Part shown: positions 13,001 through 27,004 of the stretch, in pieces
How the letters are laid out: every line of letters begins with the position of its first letter
Numbering within the stretch: the first letter of the stretch is position 1
Source of the DNA: Macrostomum lignano
Taxonomy: Eukaryota
Length of the DNA: 64,000 nt
Reading direction: 5' to 3'
NCBI GenBank assembly: GCA_002269645.1
Contig: NIVC01000085.1
Span: 124,001-188,000 of the forward strand
Notes under the pieces: model-generated
Seen by the model: the letters and a program-made list of their open reading frames with translations, nothing else
What the model was told of the DNA's origin: nothing
The model's database searches: none
Position numbers and translations under genes: made by a program

Positions 13001-16000
13001 TCCAACCCGAAGAGCTCCTCAGCGAAGAAGACGGCTCTACAGTGATCAGTATTGAAGAGATTCGACAGAGTCTGCGAAAGTCCGAGGTTCCCCCACCTGT
13101 ACAGGTTGGTTGAAGACCGCAATATTTATATTTATACCTATTTAAATCGGCTCCTAGTTCTTCACTAAGAATCGCCCCTGACCCTTCACTAAGCATCTCC
13201 CCTGACCCTTCACTAAGCATCTCCTCTGATCCTTCACTAAGCATCTCCCCTGATCCTTCACTAAGCATCTCCCCTGATCCTACACTAAGCATCTCCTCTG
13301 ATCTTTCACTAAGCATCTCCCCTGATCCTTCACTAAGCATCTCCTCTGATCCTTCACTAAGCATCGCCCCTGATCCTTCACTAAGCATCTCCCCTGATCC
13401 TTCACTAAGCATCTCCTCTGATCCTTCACTAAGCATCTCCCCTGATCCTTCACTAAGCATCTCCTCTGACCCTTCACTAAGCATCTCCCCTGATCCTTCA
13501 CTAAGCATCGCCCCTGATCCTTCACTAAGCATCTCCCCTGATCCTTCACTAAGCATCTCCCCTGATCCTTCACTAAGCATCTCCCCTGATCCTTCACTAA
13601 GCATCTCCTCTGATCCTTCACTAAGCATCTCCCCTGATCCTTCACTAAGCATCTCCTCTGACCCTTCACTAAGCATCGCCCCTGACCCTTCACTAAGCAT
13701 CGCCCCTGATCCTTCACTAAGCATCGCCCCTGATCCTTCACTAAGCATCGCCCCTGATCCTTCACTAAGCATCGCCCCTGATCCTTCACTAAGCATCTCC
13801 CCTGATCCTTCACTAAGCATCTCCCCTGATCCTTCACTAAGCATCTCCCCTGATCCTTCACTAAGCATCTCCCCTGACCCTTCACTAAGCATCTCCCCTG
13901 ATCCTTCACTAAGCATCTCCCCTGATCCTTCACTAAGCATCGCTCCTGATCCTTCACTAAGCATCTCCCCTGATCCTTCACTAAGCATCGCTCCTGATCC
14001 TTCACTAAGCATCGCCCCTGATCCTTCACTAAGCATCTCCCCTGATCCTTCACTAAGCATCTCCCCTGATCCTTCACTAAGCATCTCCCCTGATCCTTCA
14101 CTAAGCATCTCCTCTGATCCTTCACTAAGCATCTCCCCTGATCCTTCACTAAGCATCTCCTCTGACCCTTCACTAAGCATCGCCCCTGACCCTTCACTAA
14201 GCATCTCCCCTGATCCTTCACTAAGCATCGCCCCTGATCCTTCACTAAGCATCTCCCCTGATCCTTCACTAAGCATCTCCTCTGACCCTTCACTAAGCAT
14301 CTCCCCTGATCCTTCACTAAGCATCTCCTCTGATCCTTCACTAAGCATCTCCCCTGATCCTTCACTAAGCATCTCCTCTGACCCTTCACTAAGCATCGCC
14401 CCTGATCCTTCACTAAGCATCGCCCCTGATCCTTCACTAAGCATCGCCCCTGATCCTTCACTAAGCATCGCCCCTGATCCTTCACTAAGCATCGCCCCTG
14501 ATCCTTCACTAAGCATCGCCCCTGATCCTTCACTAAGCATCGCCCCTGATCCTTCACTAAGCATCGCCCCTGATCCTTCACTAAGCATCGCCCCTGATCC
14601 TTCACTAAGCATCTCCCTGACCCTTCACTAAGCATCGCCCCTGACCCTTCACTAAGCATCGCTCCTGACCCTTCACTAAGCATCTCCCCTGACCCTTCAC
14701 TAAGCATCGCTCCTGACCCTTCACTAAGCATCGCTCCTGACCCTTCACTAAGCATCTCCCCTGATCCTTCACTAAGCATCGCTCCTGATCCTTCACTAAG
14801 CATCTCCCCTGATCCTTCACTAAGCATCTCCCCTGATCCTTCACTAAGCATCGCTCCTGATCCTTCACTAAGCATCTCCCCTGATCCTTCACTAAGCATC
14901 TCCCCTGATCCTTCACTAAGCATCGCTCCTGATCCTTCACAAAGCATCTCCCCTGATCCTTCACTAAGCATCTCCTCTGATCCTTCACTAAGCATCTCCC
15001 CTGATCCTTCACTAAGCATCTCCCCTGATCCTACACTAAGCATCTCCTCTGATCTTTCACTAAGCATCTCCCCTGATCCTTCACTAAGCATCTCCTCTGA
15101 TCCTTCACTAAGCATCGCCCCTGATCCTTCACTAAGCATCTCCCCTGATCCTTCACTAAGCATCTCCTCTGATCCTTCACTAAGCATCTCCCCTGATCCT
15201 TCACTAAGCATCTCCTCTGACCCTTCACTAAGCATCTCCCCTGATCCTTCACTAAACATCGCCCCTGATCCTTCACTAAGCATCTCCCCTGATCCTTCAC
15301 TAAGCATCTCCCCTGATCCTTCACTAAGCATCTCCCCTGATCCTTCACTAAGCATCTCCTCTGATCCTTCACTAAGCATCTCCCTGATCCTTCACTAAGC
15401 ATCTCCTCTGACCCTTCACTAAGCATCGCCCCTGACCCTTCACTAAGCATCGCCCCTGATCCTTCACTAAGCATCGCCCCTGATCCTTCACTAAGCATCG
15501 CCCCTGATCCTTCACTAAGCATCGCCCCTGATCCTTCACTAAGCATCGCCCCTGATCCTTCACTAAGCATCGCCCCTGATCCTTCACTAAGCATCGCCCC
15601 TGATCCTTCACTAAGCATCTCCCTGACCCTTCACTAAGCATCTCCCTGACCCTTCACTAAGCATCGCTCCTGACCCTTCACTAAGCATCGCCCCTGATCC
15701 TTCACTAAGCATCGCCCCTGATCCTTCACTAAGCATCGCCCCTGATCCTTCACTAAGCATCGCCCCTGATCCTTCACTAAGCATCGCCCCTGATCCTTCA
15801 CTAAGCATCTCCCTGACCCTTCACTAAGCATCTCCCTGACCCTTCACTAAGCATCGCTCCTGACCCTTCACTAAGCATCGCTCCTGACCTTCACTAAGCA
15901 TCTCCCTGATCCTTCACTAAGCATCGCTCCTGACCCTTCACTAAGCATCGCTCCTGACCCTTCACTAAGCATCTCCCCTGATCCTTCACTAAGCATCTCC

Positions 16001-18299
16001 TCTGACCCTTCACTAAGCATCTCCCCTGATCCTTCACTAAGCATCGCTCCTGATCCTTCACTAAGCATCGCTCCTGACCCTTCACTAAGCATCTCCCCTG
16101 ATCCTTCACTAAGCATCGCTCCTGACCCTTCACTAAGCATCTCCCCTGATCCTTCACTAAGCATCTCCCCTGATCCTTCACTAAGCATCTCCCTGACCCT
16201 TCACTAAGCATCGCTCCTGACCCTTCACTAAGCATCGCTCCTGATCCTTCACTAAGCATCTCCCCTGATCCTTCACTAAGCATCGCTCCTGACCCTTCAC
16301 TAAGCATCTCCCCTGATCCTTCACTAAGCATCGCCCCTGATCCTTCACTAAGCATCGCTCCTGATCCTTCACTAAGCATCTCCCCTGATCCTTCACTAAG
16401 CATCGCCCCTGATCCTTCACTAAGCATCTCCTCTGACCCTTCACTAAGCATCGCTCCTGATCCTTCACTAAGCATCTCCCCTGATCCTTCACTAAGCATC
16501 GCCCCTGATCCTTCACTAAGCATCGCTCCTGATCCTTCACTAAGCATCGCTCCTGATCCTTCACTAAGCATCTCCCCTGATCCTTCACTAAGCATCGCCC
16601 CTGACCCTTTACTAAGCATCGCCCCCTCACCCCGCACCGCAGCCCGACCTCATGGAGCAGATGGTCATGTCAGTACTGCAAGGCCTACTAGGCAAACTGG
16701 GCCTGCTATCCCTGGTGTACTCAGCCGTGCTCACGCTAGGCGTAGATCAAGTTCGCCAACAGGTGGCAGACGAAGAAGAATCGCTTGTTGATCCGCGCAG
16801 CGGCAATGGCAGCCAAGCGCTGCTCAATCTGCTCATTGCTGGGGTGGCGACGCCTCATTTTTTTGACGGAATGCGCAACGTTGACGGCCTGGGTGAGAGA
16901 GAGAGAGAGAGAGAGAGGAATTTTTCGTCTTTTGTATTCTTTTTTTCCTATAAAAAGCATTAAATACTACTTACCAGCTGATTTAAAGTAGTGTAGTTTG
17001 TGCATAACCGTTCAAAAACACACTGTTCAGACAACGAAAGTGACTCTTGGGACGTTTTTTTGCCTAGATACCGTTTCTCAAAACATGCACTAATATTTCT
17101 ACTGTCAGTAGCATAATTAGCGTATAAATTCGCAACAAAATAAACCCGCAGTTATGCAAGGCATTGCCAGTCAACCCAGTATTGGATTTCTCACTCTGTT
17201 GGAGTCCCTGCGCTACTGCGAGGTTGGCTGGCACCTGAAGAATCCTCGCTACCCCGTGTGGATCGTTGGCAGCGAGACTCACCTCACTGTGCTGTTCTCT
17301 AATGAGGCCGGACTCATTCAGGGCGATGGCAAGTGTCAAGAGGTCAGTTTCTTGCAGAAACAAAAACTCGCCAAATCTATTGGAATTATGAATACGCTCT
17401 AAGTCCCTAAAAAATCCATATTCTTAAAAATCCTAAATCTCCCCTGAAAAATCTCCACTCCCCAATGAAAAACCCTAAATCCCCAATAAAAAATCCCAAA
17501 TCCTAATGAAAAATCCCAAATCCTAAAGAAAAGTCCCAAATCCCCAAATAAAATCCAAAATCCCGATGAAAATCCTAAATCCCTAACGAGAAAATGCAAA
17601 TTCCAAATAAAAAATCCCAAATCTCTAGTGTTAAATCCCAAATCTCTAACGAAAAATCCAAATCCCAATTAAAAATCCCAAATCCCCAATAAAAATCTCA
17701 AATCCCCAATGAGAAATCCTAATCCAATAAAGAATCCGAATCCCCAATGAAAATCCCAAATCCCGAATAAAAATCCCAAATCTGTAACGAAAAATCCAAA
17801 TCCAATGAAAAGTCCAAATGTCAAAATGTCAAAACCCCAATGTCAAACCAAATCCACTATATAAAATCCCACCCAACCGCCCAGGTGGAGCGAGTCTTTC
17901 ACCAGCTGGACGCCAGCTCGGCAGGATTTATCCCAGCCGACAAGCTGGACGAGCTGATAAAGTCGGCCAGGCTCGACCTGCCGAAGGCTGCCAGAATCTG
18001 TCCGAGTTGAAGACCCGCCTCGATCCCGAAGGTCTCAAATCATTTTAAGAGACAGCTTCATCCGGCTATTCTTCCCCAATGCTTGCAACGATTATCCCAG
18101 CAAATTTGCTCTGTTCCACCTCAATAACCTGGCCAGAGGCGCCACTGCCAAGGTGGCGTACGTGCGGGGCGACGCCAACATGCAGCAGGAGATCGCCGTC
18201 TGCAGCGTCGGGCACTGCGACCTGATGAGAGTGCTGCAGACTAAATGGCCAACCCTCACTGTGAAATGGGAAAGCGACCGGCTGCCTAGCATTAACTAA
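10062..18299 (+). CDS. MINDY3: ubiquitin carboxyl-terminal hydrolase MINDY-3 (FAM188A), about 428 aa
   Basis: Exons 10062-10298, 12913-13104, 16643-16892, 17152-17342, 17885-18299, all GT-AG with compatible phases. Motifs WxQGFxFS, QGGPCAV (catalytic Cys), GxGSQxLxNLL, GFLTLLESLRYCxVG, PVWIVGSETHLTV (catalytic His), LDPEGL, LQTKWP, C-terminal PSIN. The last exon needs two single-base additions (about 17982, 18038) to stay in frame. Confidence 0.92.
10385..12905. repeat. 2.5-kb minisatellite of 7-bp modules (CCCATCT/CCCTTAT), MINDY3 intron 1
   Basis: Direct reading; + strand virtually G-free; runs straight into the acceptor ttatccccacag. Confidence 0.95.
13165..16620. repeat. 24-bp minisatellite (TGATCCTTCACTAAGCATCTCCCC)n, about 3.45 kb, MINDY3 intron 2
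   Basis: Highly homogeneous units with occasional 23-bp units. Source of the MLSEGSG ORFs. Confidence 0.97.
17405..17860. repeat. degenerate AAATCCC-rich tandem repeat, MINDY3 intron 4
   Basis: Repeated aaaatcccaaatcc words. Confidence 0.8.
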
Positions 18300-18349
18300 C
18301 TGGGGGGGGGGGCTCGGTCTTCCTGCTTCCTTGCATCCATGGGTCTCGA

Positions 18350-21300
18350 TCTCAAAAAACCTCAGTCTCACCCCAAATCTTAGTCTTAATCTCACCCCAA
18401 ATCTCAGTCTCAATCTCACCCCGATTTTCCGTCACAATCTCACCCGATTTCCGTCTCAATCTCACCCCGATTCTCCGTCTCAATCTCACCCCGATTTTCC
18501 GTCTCAATCTCACCCCGTTCTCCGTCTCAATCTCACCCCGATCTCGTCTCAATCTCCCGATTTTCCGTCACAATCTCACCCGATTTTCCGTCTCAATCTC
18601 ACCCGATTCTCCGTCTCAATCTCACCCCGATTTTCCGTCTCAATCTCACCCCGATTCTCAGTCTCAATCTCACCCAAATCTAATTTCATCTCACCCCAAA
18701 TCTAATTCTCAATCTCACCCCATCTCAGTCTCAATCGCACCCCAATTCTCAGTCTCAATCTCACCCCAATTCTAATTCTCAATCTCACCGCAATTCTCAG
18801 TCTCAATCTCTCACCCGATTTTCCATCTCAATCTCACCGATTTTCCGTCTCAATCTCACCCGATTTCCGTCTCAATCTCACCCGATTTCTCCGTCTCAAT
18901 TTCACACGATTCTCAGTCTCAATCTCACCCCGATTTTTCCGTCTTAATATCACCCCTAGTCTCAGTTCTCAATCTCACCCCAATTCTAATTCTTAATCTC
19001 ACCCCAATTCTAATTCTCATCCCACCGCAATTCCCTGTCTCAATCGCACCCCTAGTCTCAGTCTCAATCTCACCCCTAGTCTCAGTCTCAATCTCACCCG
19101 ATTCTCCGTCTCAATCTCACCCGATTTTCCGTCACAATCGCACCCCTAGTCTCAGTCTCAATCTCACCCCGATTCTCCGTCTCAATCTCACCCCGATTTT
19201 CCGTCACAATCTCACCCCGATTTTCCGTCACAATCTCACCCCGATTTTCCGTCTCAATCTCACCCCGATTCTCCGTCTCAATCTCACCCCGATTTTCCGT
19301 CTCAATCTCACCCCGATTCTTCGTCTCAATCTCACCCGATTTTCCGTCTCAATCTCACCCCGATTCTCCGTCTCAATCTCACCCCGATTTTCGTCTCAAT
19401 CTAACCCCGATTCTCCGTCTCAATCTCACCCCGATTTTCCGTCTCAATCTCACCCGATTCTCCGTCTCAATCTCACCCGATTTTCCATCTCAATCTCACC
19501 CCGATTCTCAGTCTCAATCTCACCCCAAATCTAATTCTCAATCTCACCCCAAATCTAATTCTCAATCTCACCCCAATTCTCTAGTCTCAATCGCACTCCC
19601 AATTCTCAGTCTCAATCGCACCCCAATTCTAATTCTCAATTCTCACCGCATTCTCAGTCTCAATCGCACCCTAGTCTCAGTCTCAATCTCACCCCTAGTC
19701 TCAGTCTCAATCTCGCCCCTAGTCTCAGTCTCAATCTCGCCCCTAGTCTCAGTCTCAATCTCACCCCGATTCTCCGTCTCAATCTCACCCCGATTTTCCG
19801 TCACAATCTCACCCCGATTTTCCGTCTCAATCTCACCCCGATTCTCCGTCTCAATCTCACCCCGATTTTCCGTCTCAATCTCACCCCGATTCTCCGTCTC
19901 AATCTCACCCCGATTTTCCGTCTTAATATCACCCCTAGTCTCAGTCTCAATCTCACCCCAATTCTAATTCTTAATCTCACCCCAATTCTAATTCTCAATC
20001 CCACCGCAATTCCCTGTCTCAATCGCACCCCTAGTCTCAGTCTCAATCTCACCCCTAGTCTCAGTCTCAATCTCACCCCGATTCTCCGTCTCAATCTCAC
20101 CCCGATTTTCCGTCACAATCGCACCCCTAGTCTCAGTCTCAATCTCACCCCGATTCTCCGTCTCAATCTCACCCCGATTTTCCGTCACAATCTCACCCCG
20201 ATTTTCCGTCTCAATCTCACCCCGATTCTCCGTCTCAATCTCACCCCGATTTTCCGTCTCAATCTCACCCCGATTCTCTCGTCTCAATCTCACCCCGATT
20301 TTCCGTCTCAATCTCACCCCGATTCTCCGTCTCAATCTCACCCCGATTTTCCGTCTCAATCTCACCCGATTCTCAGTCTCAATCTCACCCAAATCTAATT
20401 CTCAATCTCACCCCAAATCTAATTCTCAATCTCACCCCAATTCTCAGTCTCAATCGCACCCCAATTCTCAGTCTCAATCGCACCCCAATTCTAATTCTCA
20501 ATCTCACCGCAATTCTCAGTCTCAATCGCACCCCTAGTCTCAGTCTCAATCTCACCCCTAGTCTCAGTCTCAATCTCGCCCCTAGTCTCAGTCTCAATCT
20601 CGCCCCTAGTCTCAGTCTCAATCTCACCCCGATTCTCCGTCTCAATCTCACCCCGATTTTCCGTCACAATCTCACCCCGATTTTCCGTCTCAATCTCACC
20701 CCGATTCTCCGTCTCAATCTCACCCCGATTTTCCGTCTCAATCTCACCCCGATTCTCCGTCTCAATCTCACCCCGATTTTCCGTCTCAATCTCACCCCGA
20801 TTCTCAGTCTTAATCTCACCCCAAATCTAATTCTCAATCTCACCCCAAATCTAATTCTCAATCTCACCCCAATTCTCAGTCTCAATCGCACCCCAATTCT
20901 CAGTCTCAATCGCACCCCAATTCTAATTCTCAATCTCACCGCAATTCTCAGTCTCAATCGCACCCCTAGTTTCAGTCTCAATCTCACCCGATTTTCCATC
21001 TCAATCTCACCCCGATTCTCCGTCTCAATCTCACCCCGATTTTCCGTCTCAATCTCACCCCGATTTTCCGTCTCAATCTCACCACGATTCTCAGTCTCAA
21101 TCTCCCCGATTTTCCGTCTTAATCTCACCCCTAGTCTCAGTCTCAATCTCACCCCAATTCTAATTCTTAATCTCACCCCAATTCTAATTCTCAATCCCAC
21201 CGCAATTCCCTGTCTCAATCGCACCCCTAGTCTCAGTCTCAATCTCACCCCTAGTCTCAGTCTCAATCTCGCCCCTAGTCTCAGTCTCAATCTCGCCCCT

Positions 21301-22090
21301 AGTCTCAGTCTCAATCTCACCCCGATTTTCCGTCACAATCTCACCCCGATTTTCCGTCTCAATCTCACCCCGATTCTCCGTCTCAATCTCACCCCGATTT
21401 TCCGTCTCAATCTCACCCCGATTCTCCGTCTCAATCTCACCCCGATTTTCCGTCTCAATCTCACCCCGATTTTCCGTCTCAATCTCACCCCGATTCTTCG
21501 TCTCAATCTCACCCCGATTTTCCGTCTCAATCTCACCCCGATTCTCCGTCTCAATCTCACCCCGATTTTCCGTCACAATCTCACCCCGATTTTCCGTCTC
21601 AATCTCACCCCGATTTTCCGTCTCAATCTCACCCCGATTCTCAGTCTCAATCTCACCCCGATTTTCCGTCTCAATCTCACCCCTAGTCTCAGTCTCAATC
21701 TCACCCCAATTCTAATTCTTAATCTCACCCCAATTCTAATTCTCAATCCCACCGCAATTCCCTGTCTCAATCTCACCCCTAGTCTCAATCTCAATCTCAC
21801 CCCTAGTCTCAGTCTCAATCTCGCCCCTAGTCTCAGTCTCAATCTCGCCCCTAGTCTCAGTCTCAATCTCGCCCCTAGTCTCAGTCTCAATCTCGCCCCT
21901 AGTCTCAGTCTCAATCTCACCCCGATTCTCCGTCTCAATCTCACCCCGATTCTCCGTCTCAATCTCACCCCGATTCTCCGTCTCAGTCTCACTCCGATTT
22001 TCCGTCTCAATCTCGCCCCTAGTCTCAGTCTCAATCTCACCCCAATTCTAATTCTCAATCTCACCCCAATTCTCAGTCTCAATCTCACCC
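18350..22090. repeat. 24-bp minisatellite (TCTCAATCTCACCCCGATTTTCCG and variants), 3.7 kb, downstream of the MINDY3 stop
   Basis: Three main unit variants (..CCCGATTTTCCG, ..CCCTAGTCTCAG, ..CCCAATTCTAAT) arranged in higher-order blocks. Confidence 0.97.
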
Positions 22091-22684
22091 AGTTTCCCAC
22101 CCACTGCATCGCTTCTAAATCTTATGGGATAATAAATTGATTTAATATTGAGAGATTTGGTTTCAAAACATGTCGGCTGCTTGATTGAAAAAAACTTAGT
22201 ACTTAGTACTAATATATTTACTATTAGTAGTATCAAGCGCATGAATTTTGTGCCTTTTGTGTTAATTGCTTGTGTTAGTTTTTTAAACCTGTGTTGATAT
22301 TCCTGTATGCAAGCCTTATAGCTGCTCATTCCTATCTTTAGTGCTGGTTCTTTGAATCAAAAAGGCAATGAATGTACGACCTTCACGACCTTATTCGAGT
22401 TTGAAAGAAACCTTGGAATAGCATTCGACAATAGAAATACTCTTTCTTGTGTGTTCCGCTGTCACGTTCCTCTGCCAGCTGTTAATAATTCACTGCAATG
22501 TTGCTTGCTACTGTTAGTATTATATAAGAGTATTTCCAACCAGACAATTAGTGAGCAAAATAAAAGTAAATAACATTGATTGTTCTTTTTCTTTTAGCCT
22601 GTTTATTCAGTCACAGCCCGAGTGTCTTTCCATTATGCTTCATCCGGTGTTTAGTATAGCTGTTCTTTAGGATTAATCCGCTGC

Positions 22685-23870
<1,186 letters not shown>

Positions 23871-24864
23871 AAACACCATGTCTATTAAATTTATAATCAA
23901 ATAAACCAGTATTCATCATGCTATATGAATTTAATAATCTTTACCACGATAATCAATTGTATTTAAATTAAAGACCATACTGCCCACAATCTTTTGCAGA
24001 TCATAGTAGTTCTGCATGTTTACCTGTATATTCTCTCTCTCTCTATGCTCACCTTGTGAACTCGGAAAGCTTAGCTTCTGTTGCCGATATACCCCAGTGT
24101 TTAAATTGTACGAATATTTAATTGGTTGAAATAGTCTGTTTCTAAATTCATAGATATGCTTTGCTTTGTTGCTTTGCTTATCAAAATTCATACGTTAGTT
24201 GCTATACTTAATTATTTGATTGATTAATTAGTTACAAATAAATTATTTACTACTCTTGTTTTGTATACACACGTCATTAGAATTTATTTAAATTCAAAAC
24301 GGTGTTCTTAAAGATTTAAGAAAAACTTTTTTGCTTTTAACTACTTAGTTAATAAGTAGTATTTCTGAAAATAATTTTCGAAAATCTTATTCTATCGAAT
24401 TTCTATTTCGGGAGGTTAAATTTATTTTTTCATTCTTAAAGACCTTTTATGGCTGGTTGGGATCGGATTAGTGCTTTCATGGCGGCTCTATGGAGCGCCT
24501 TGGGAAAGGAAAGCATTCAAAGTCTTGAAGGATTCCAATTTTTTGAGTGTCTCGGGGGAGAACTGCTCCGGCAGCTAATTCTGTCTGAGAATTGGGTCCT
24601 GATCGAAATTATGCACACGCGGCTTCGGATTTGAAAGGCGCTGCCCTTCCGCTGGAAATCCCTGAGAAATAAAGTAAGCGCTCTCACAGCATCCCGCTCT
24701 GGATGTTTTTTAAACGGTTTTTTGACAAACAATGCCAGTTTTTGTTCATGATCGATTGTATTCGCTAGAAAATAGTTTTTTGTGATTGAGTCGTGCGGTG
24801 TAACTCCATTAAAATTCAGAAAATGTTCACTCCAGCGACTTTTTTGGGGTAGCAAAATGAGGAG

Positions 24865-25000
24865 TTAGTTAGTCAGTTGGTCCGTCAGTTAGTTAGTTTA
24901 TTAGTTAGTTAGTTAGTTAGTTGGCTAGCTAGTTAGTTAGTTAGTTTATTAGTTAGTTAGTTAGTTAGTTGGCTAGTTAGTTAGTTAGTTAGTTAGTTTA

Positions 25001-25031
<31 letters not shown>

Positions 25032-25048
25032 ATTAGTTAGTTAGTTTA

Positions 25049-25083
<35 letters not shown>

Positions 25084-25148
25084 ATTAGTCAGTTTGTTAG
25101 TTAGTTAGTTAGTTAGTTATTTTATTAGTTAGTTAGTTAGTTATTTTA

Positions 25149-25191
<43 letters not shown>

Positions 25192-25268
25192 ATTAGTTAG
25201 TTAGTTAGTTAGTTGGCTAGTTAGTTAGTTAGTTAGTTAGTTTATTAGTTAGTTAGTTAGTTAGTTTA

Positions 25269-25303
<35 letters not shown>

Positions 25304-25324
25304 ATTAGTTAGTTAGTTAGTTTA

Positions 25325-25355
<31 letters not shown>

Positions 25356-25356
25356 A

Positions 25357-25391
<35 letters not shown>

Positions 25392-25492
25392 ATTAGTCAG
25401 TTTGTTAGTTAGTTAGTTAGTTAGTTATTTTATTAGTTAGTTAGTTAGTTATTTTATTAGTTAGTTAGTTAGTTAGTTAGTTCGTTCGTTTA

Positions 25493-25531
<39 letters not shown>

Positions 25532-25532
25532 A

Positions 25533-25567
<35 letters not shown>

Positions 25568-25588
25568 ATTAGTTAGTTAGTTAGTTTA

Positions 25589-25623
<35 letters not shown>

Positions 25624-25624
25624 A

Positions 25625-25655
<31 letters not shown>

Positions 25656-25756
25656 ATTAGTCAGTTTGTTAGTTAGTTAGTTAGTTAGTTATTTTATTAG
25701 TTAGTTAGTTAGTTATTTTATTAGTTAGTTAGTTAGTTAGTTAGTTCGTTCGTTTA

Positions 25757-25795
<39 letters not shown>

Positions 25796-25833
25796 ATTAG
25801 TTAGTTAGCTAGCTAGTTAGTTAGCTAGCTAGC

Positions 25834-25871
<38 letters not shown>

Positions 25872-25975
25872 TTTTATTAGTTAGTTAGTTAGTTAGTTGG
25901 CTAGCTAGTTAGTTCGTTATCAGATAGTTTGCCATTTAGTTAGTTAGTCAGTTAGTTAGTATTATTTAGCTAGTT
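24865..25975. repeat. (TTAG)n microsatellite with TTTA interruptions
   Basis: Direct reading; interruption patterns recur (about 25081, 25391, 25655). Confidence 0.95.
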
Positions 25976-27004
25976 ACCATGCACGCACGGAATCAAACCC
26001 AGGCCACCTTAGGTTCAAGAGCTACTTTACTTTAAGCGTTACTTTTGAGCTGCCCCACCTATCGTTGACCTCCCAGAAAATTTAAGTGCAGATGATGGAC
26101 ATGGTTTCACATAACGATCCGACGAAAGCCCCAATCCAGCAGCAATATCGTTTAGTTTAGTCTGTTTACACGTGACAAATACATGGAAATTCAATCTGCT
26201 TCTTCTGCTTTTGTTCATTTCTGCTTGCAATTGTGCATGGATGGATCTGAACGGATGGACAACAAGGATAGGCCAAATTGAATAATGAAGTAAATGTAGC
26301 AACTAATCGAACAAGTATGATTGTAAAACTAGCACTTAACGATAAAGAGAGAACTTCTCATCATACGAGCCGAAACTCTGTACAGTAATGGCGCCAGCAT
26401 ACTGAACACAACGGCTACCATATAAGAGAGTTTATAGACATATTTAGTATATTGGACTAGCGGAGCCGCTCCCCCCCCCTAGGGGTGGGGGATGGGGTGT
26501 AGAGAGAAAGTTGAAGAAGTGCAGAGAGTGGCTGAGGCCGGAGTAAAGAAGCAAAGAACTGGACCTGTTAATGAGCAGCGAACGCTATTGGATGCTGCGC
26601 TGTTCTCACTCTCCTTGATTCCGAATCTCTCCCCCCCCCCAGCTCCTCTTTCCATCTCCCCATCCCCTAGCATTCCCTGCTTATTTATGCATGCATCCTT
26701 ATTTTAATCGTCTTTCGCCCAGGCGCAGACAGGAAGACAGTCGAGTCCGACCCGGACAAATTGGCACGCTTTATCAGTTGGCTACTGTTTATGAGCACCA
26801 CAGCGTGAGCTGTCTGTGCATGTAGGTTTTGAGTTCCCACGCGCAAAGATGCACAGTTATGCGGTAACTAAGCTGAGATGCTTTGTAAGCGGGCGTGTTA
26901 GCGACTCGAAACTTTAGTTAACGAGTTGTACCTATGGACTCAATTTGGCAGGTAAGTTGACAATGTTGAATTATAACTTTATGCTTCTTAGGCGTTAGCG
27001 CCAA

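Noticed and set aside
10301-13045. 914/876 aa Pro/Ser/His/Leu-rich ORFs, and all similar repeat ORFs ([67 protein letters not shown])
   Set aside because: Stop-free only because the repeat units lack stop codons in that frame. They lie in introns or flanks of genes identified by homology.
12864-16637. 582-699 aa MLSEGSG/RCLVKDQG repeat ORFs on the - strand
   Set aside because: Translations of a 24-bp intronic array antisense to MINDY3. Frames switch at 23-bp units, and there are no unique flanking domains.
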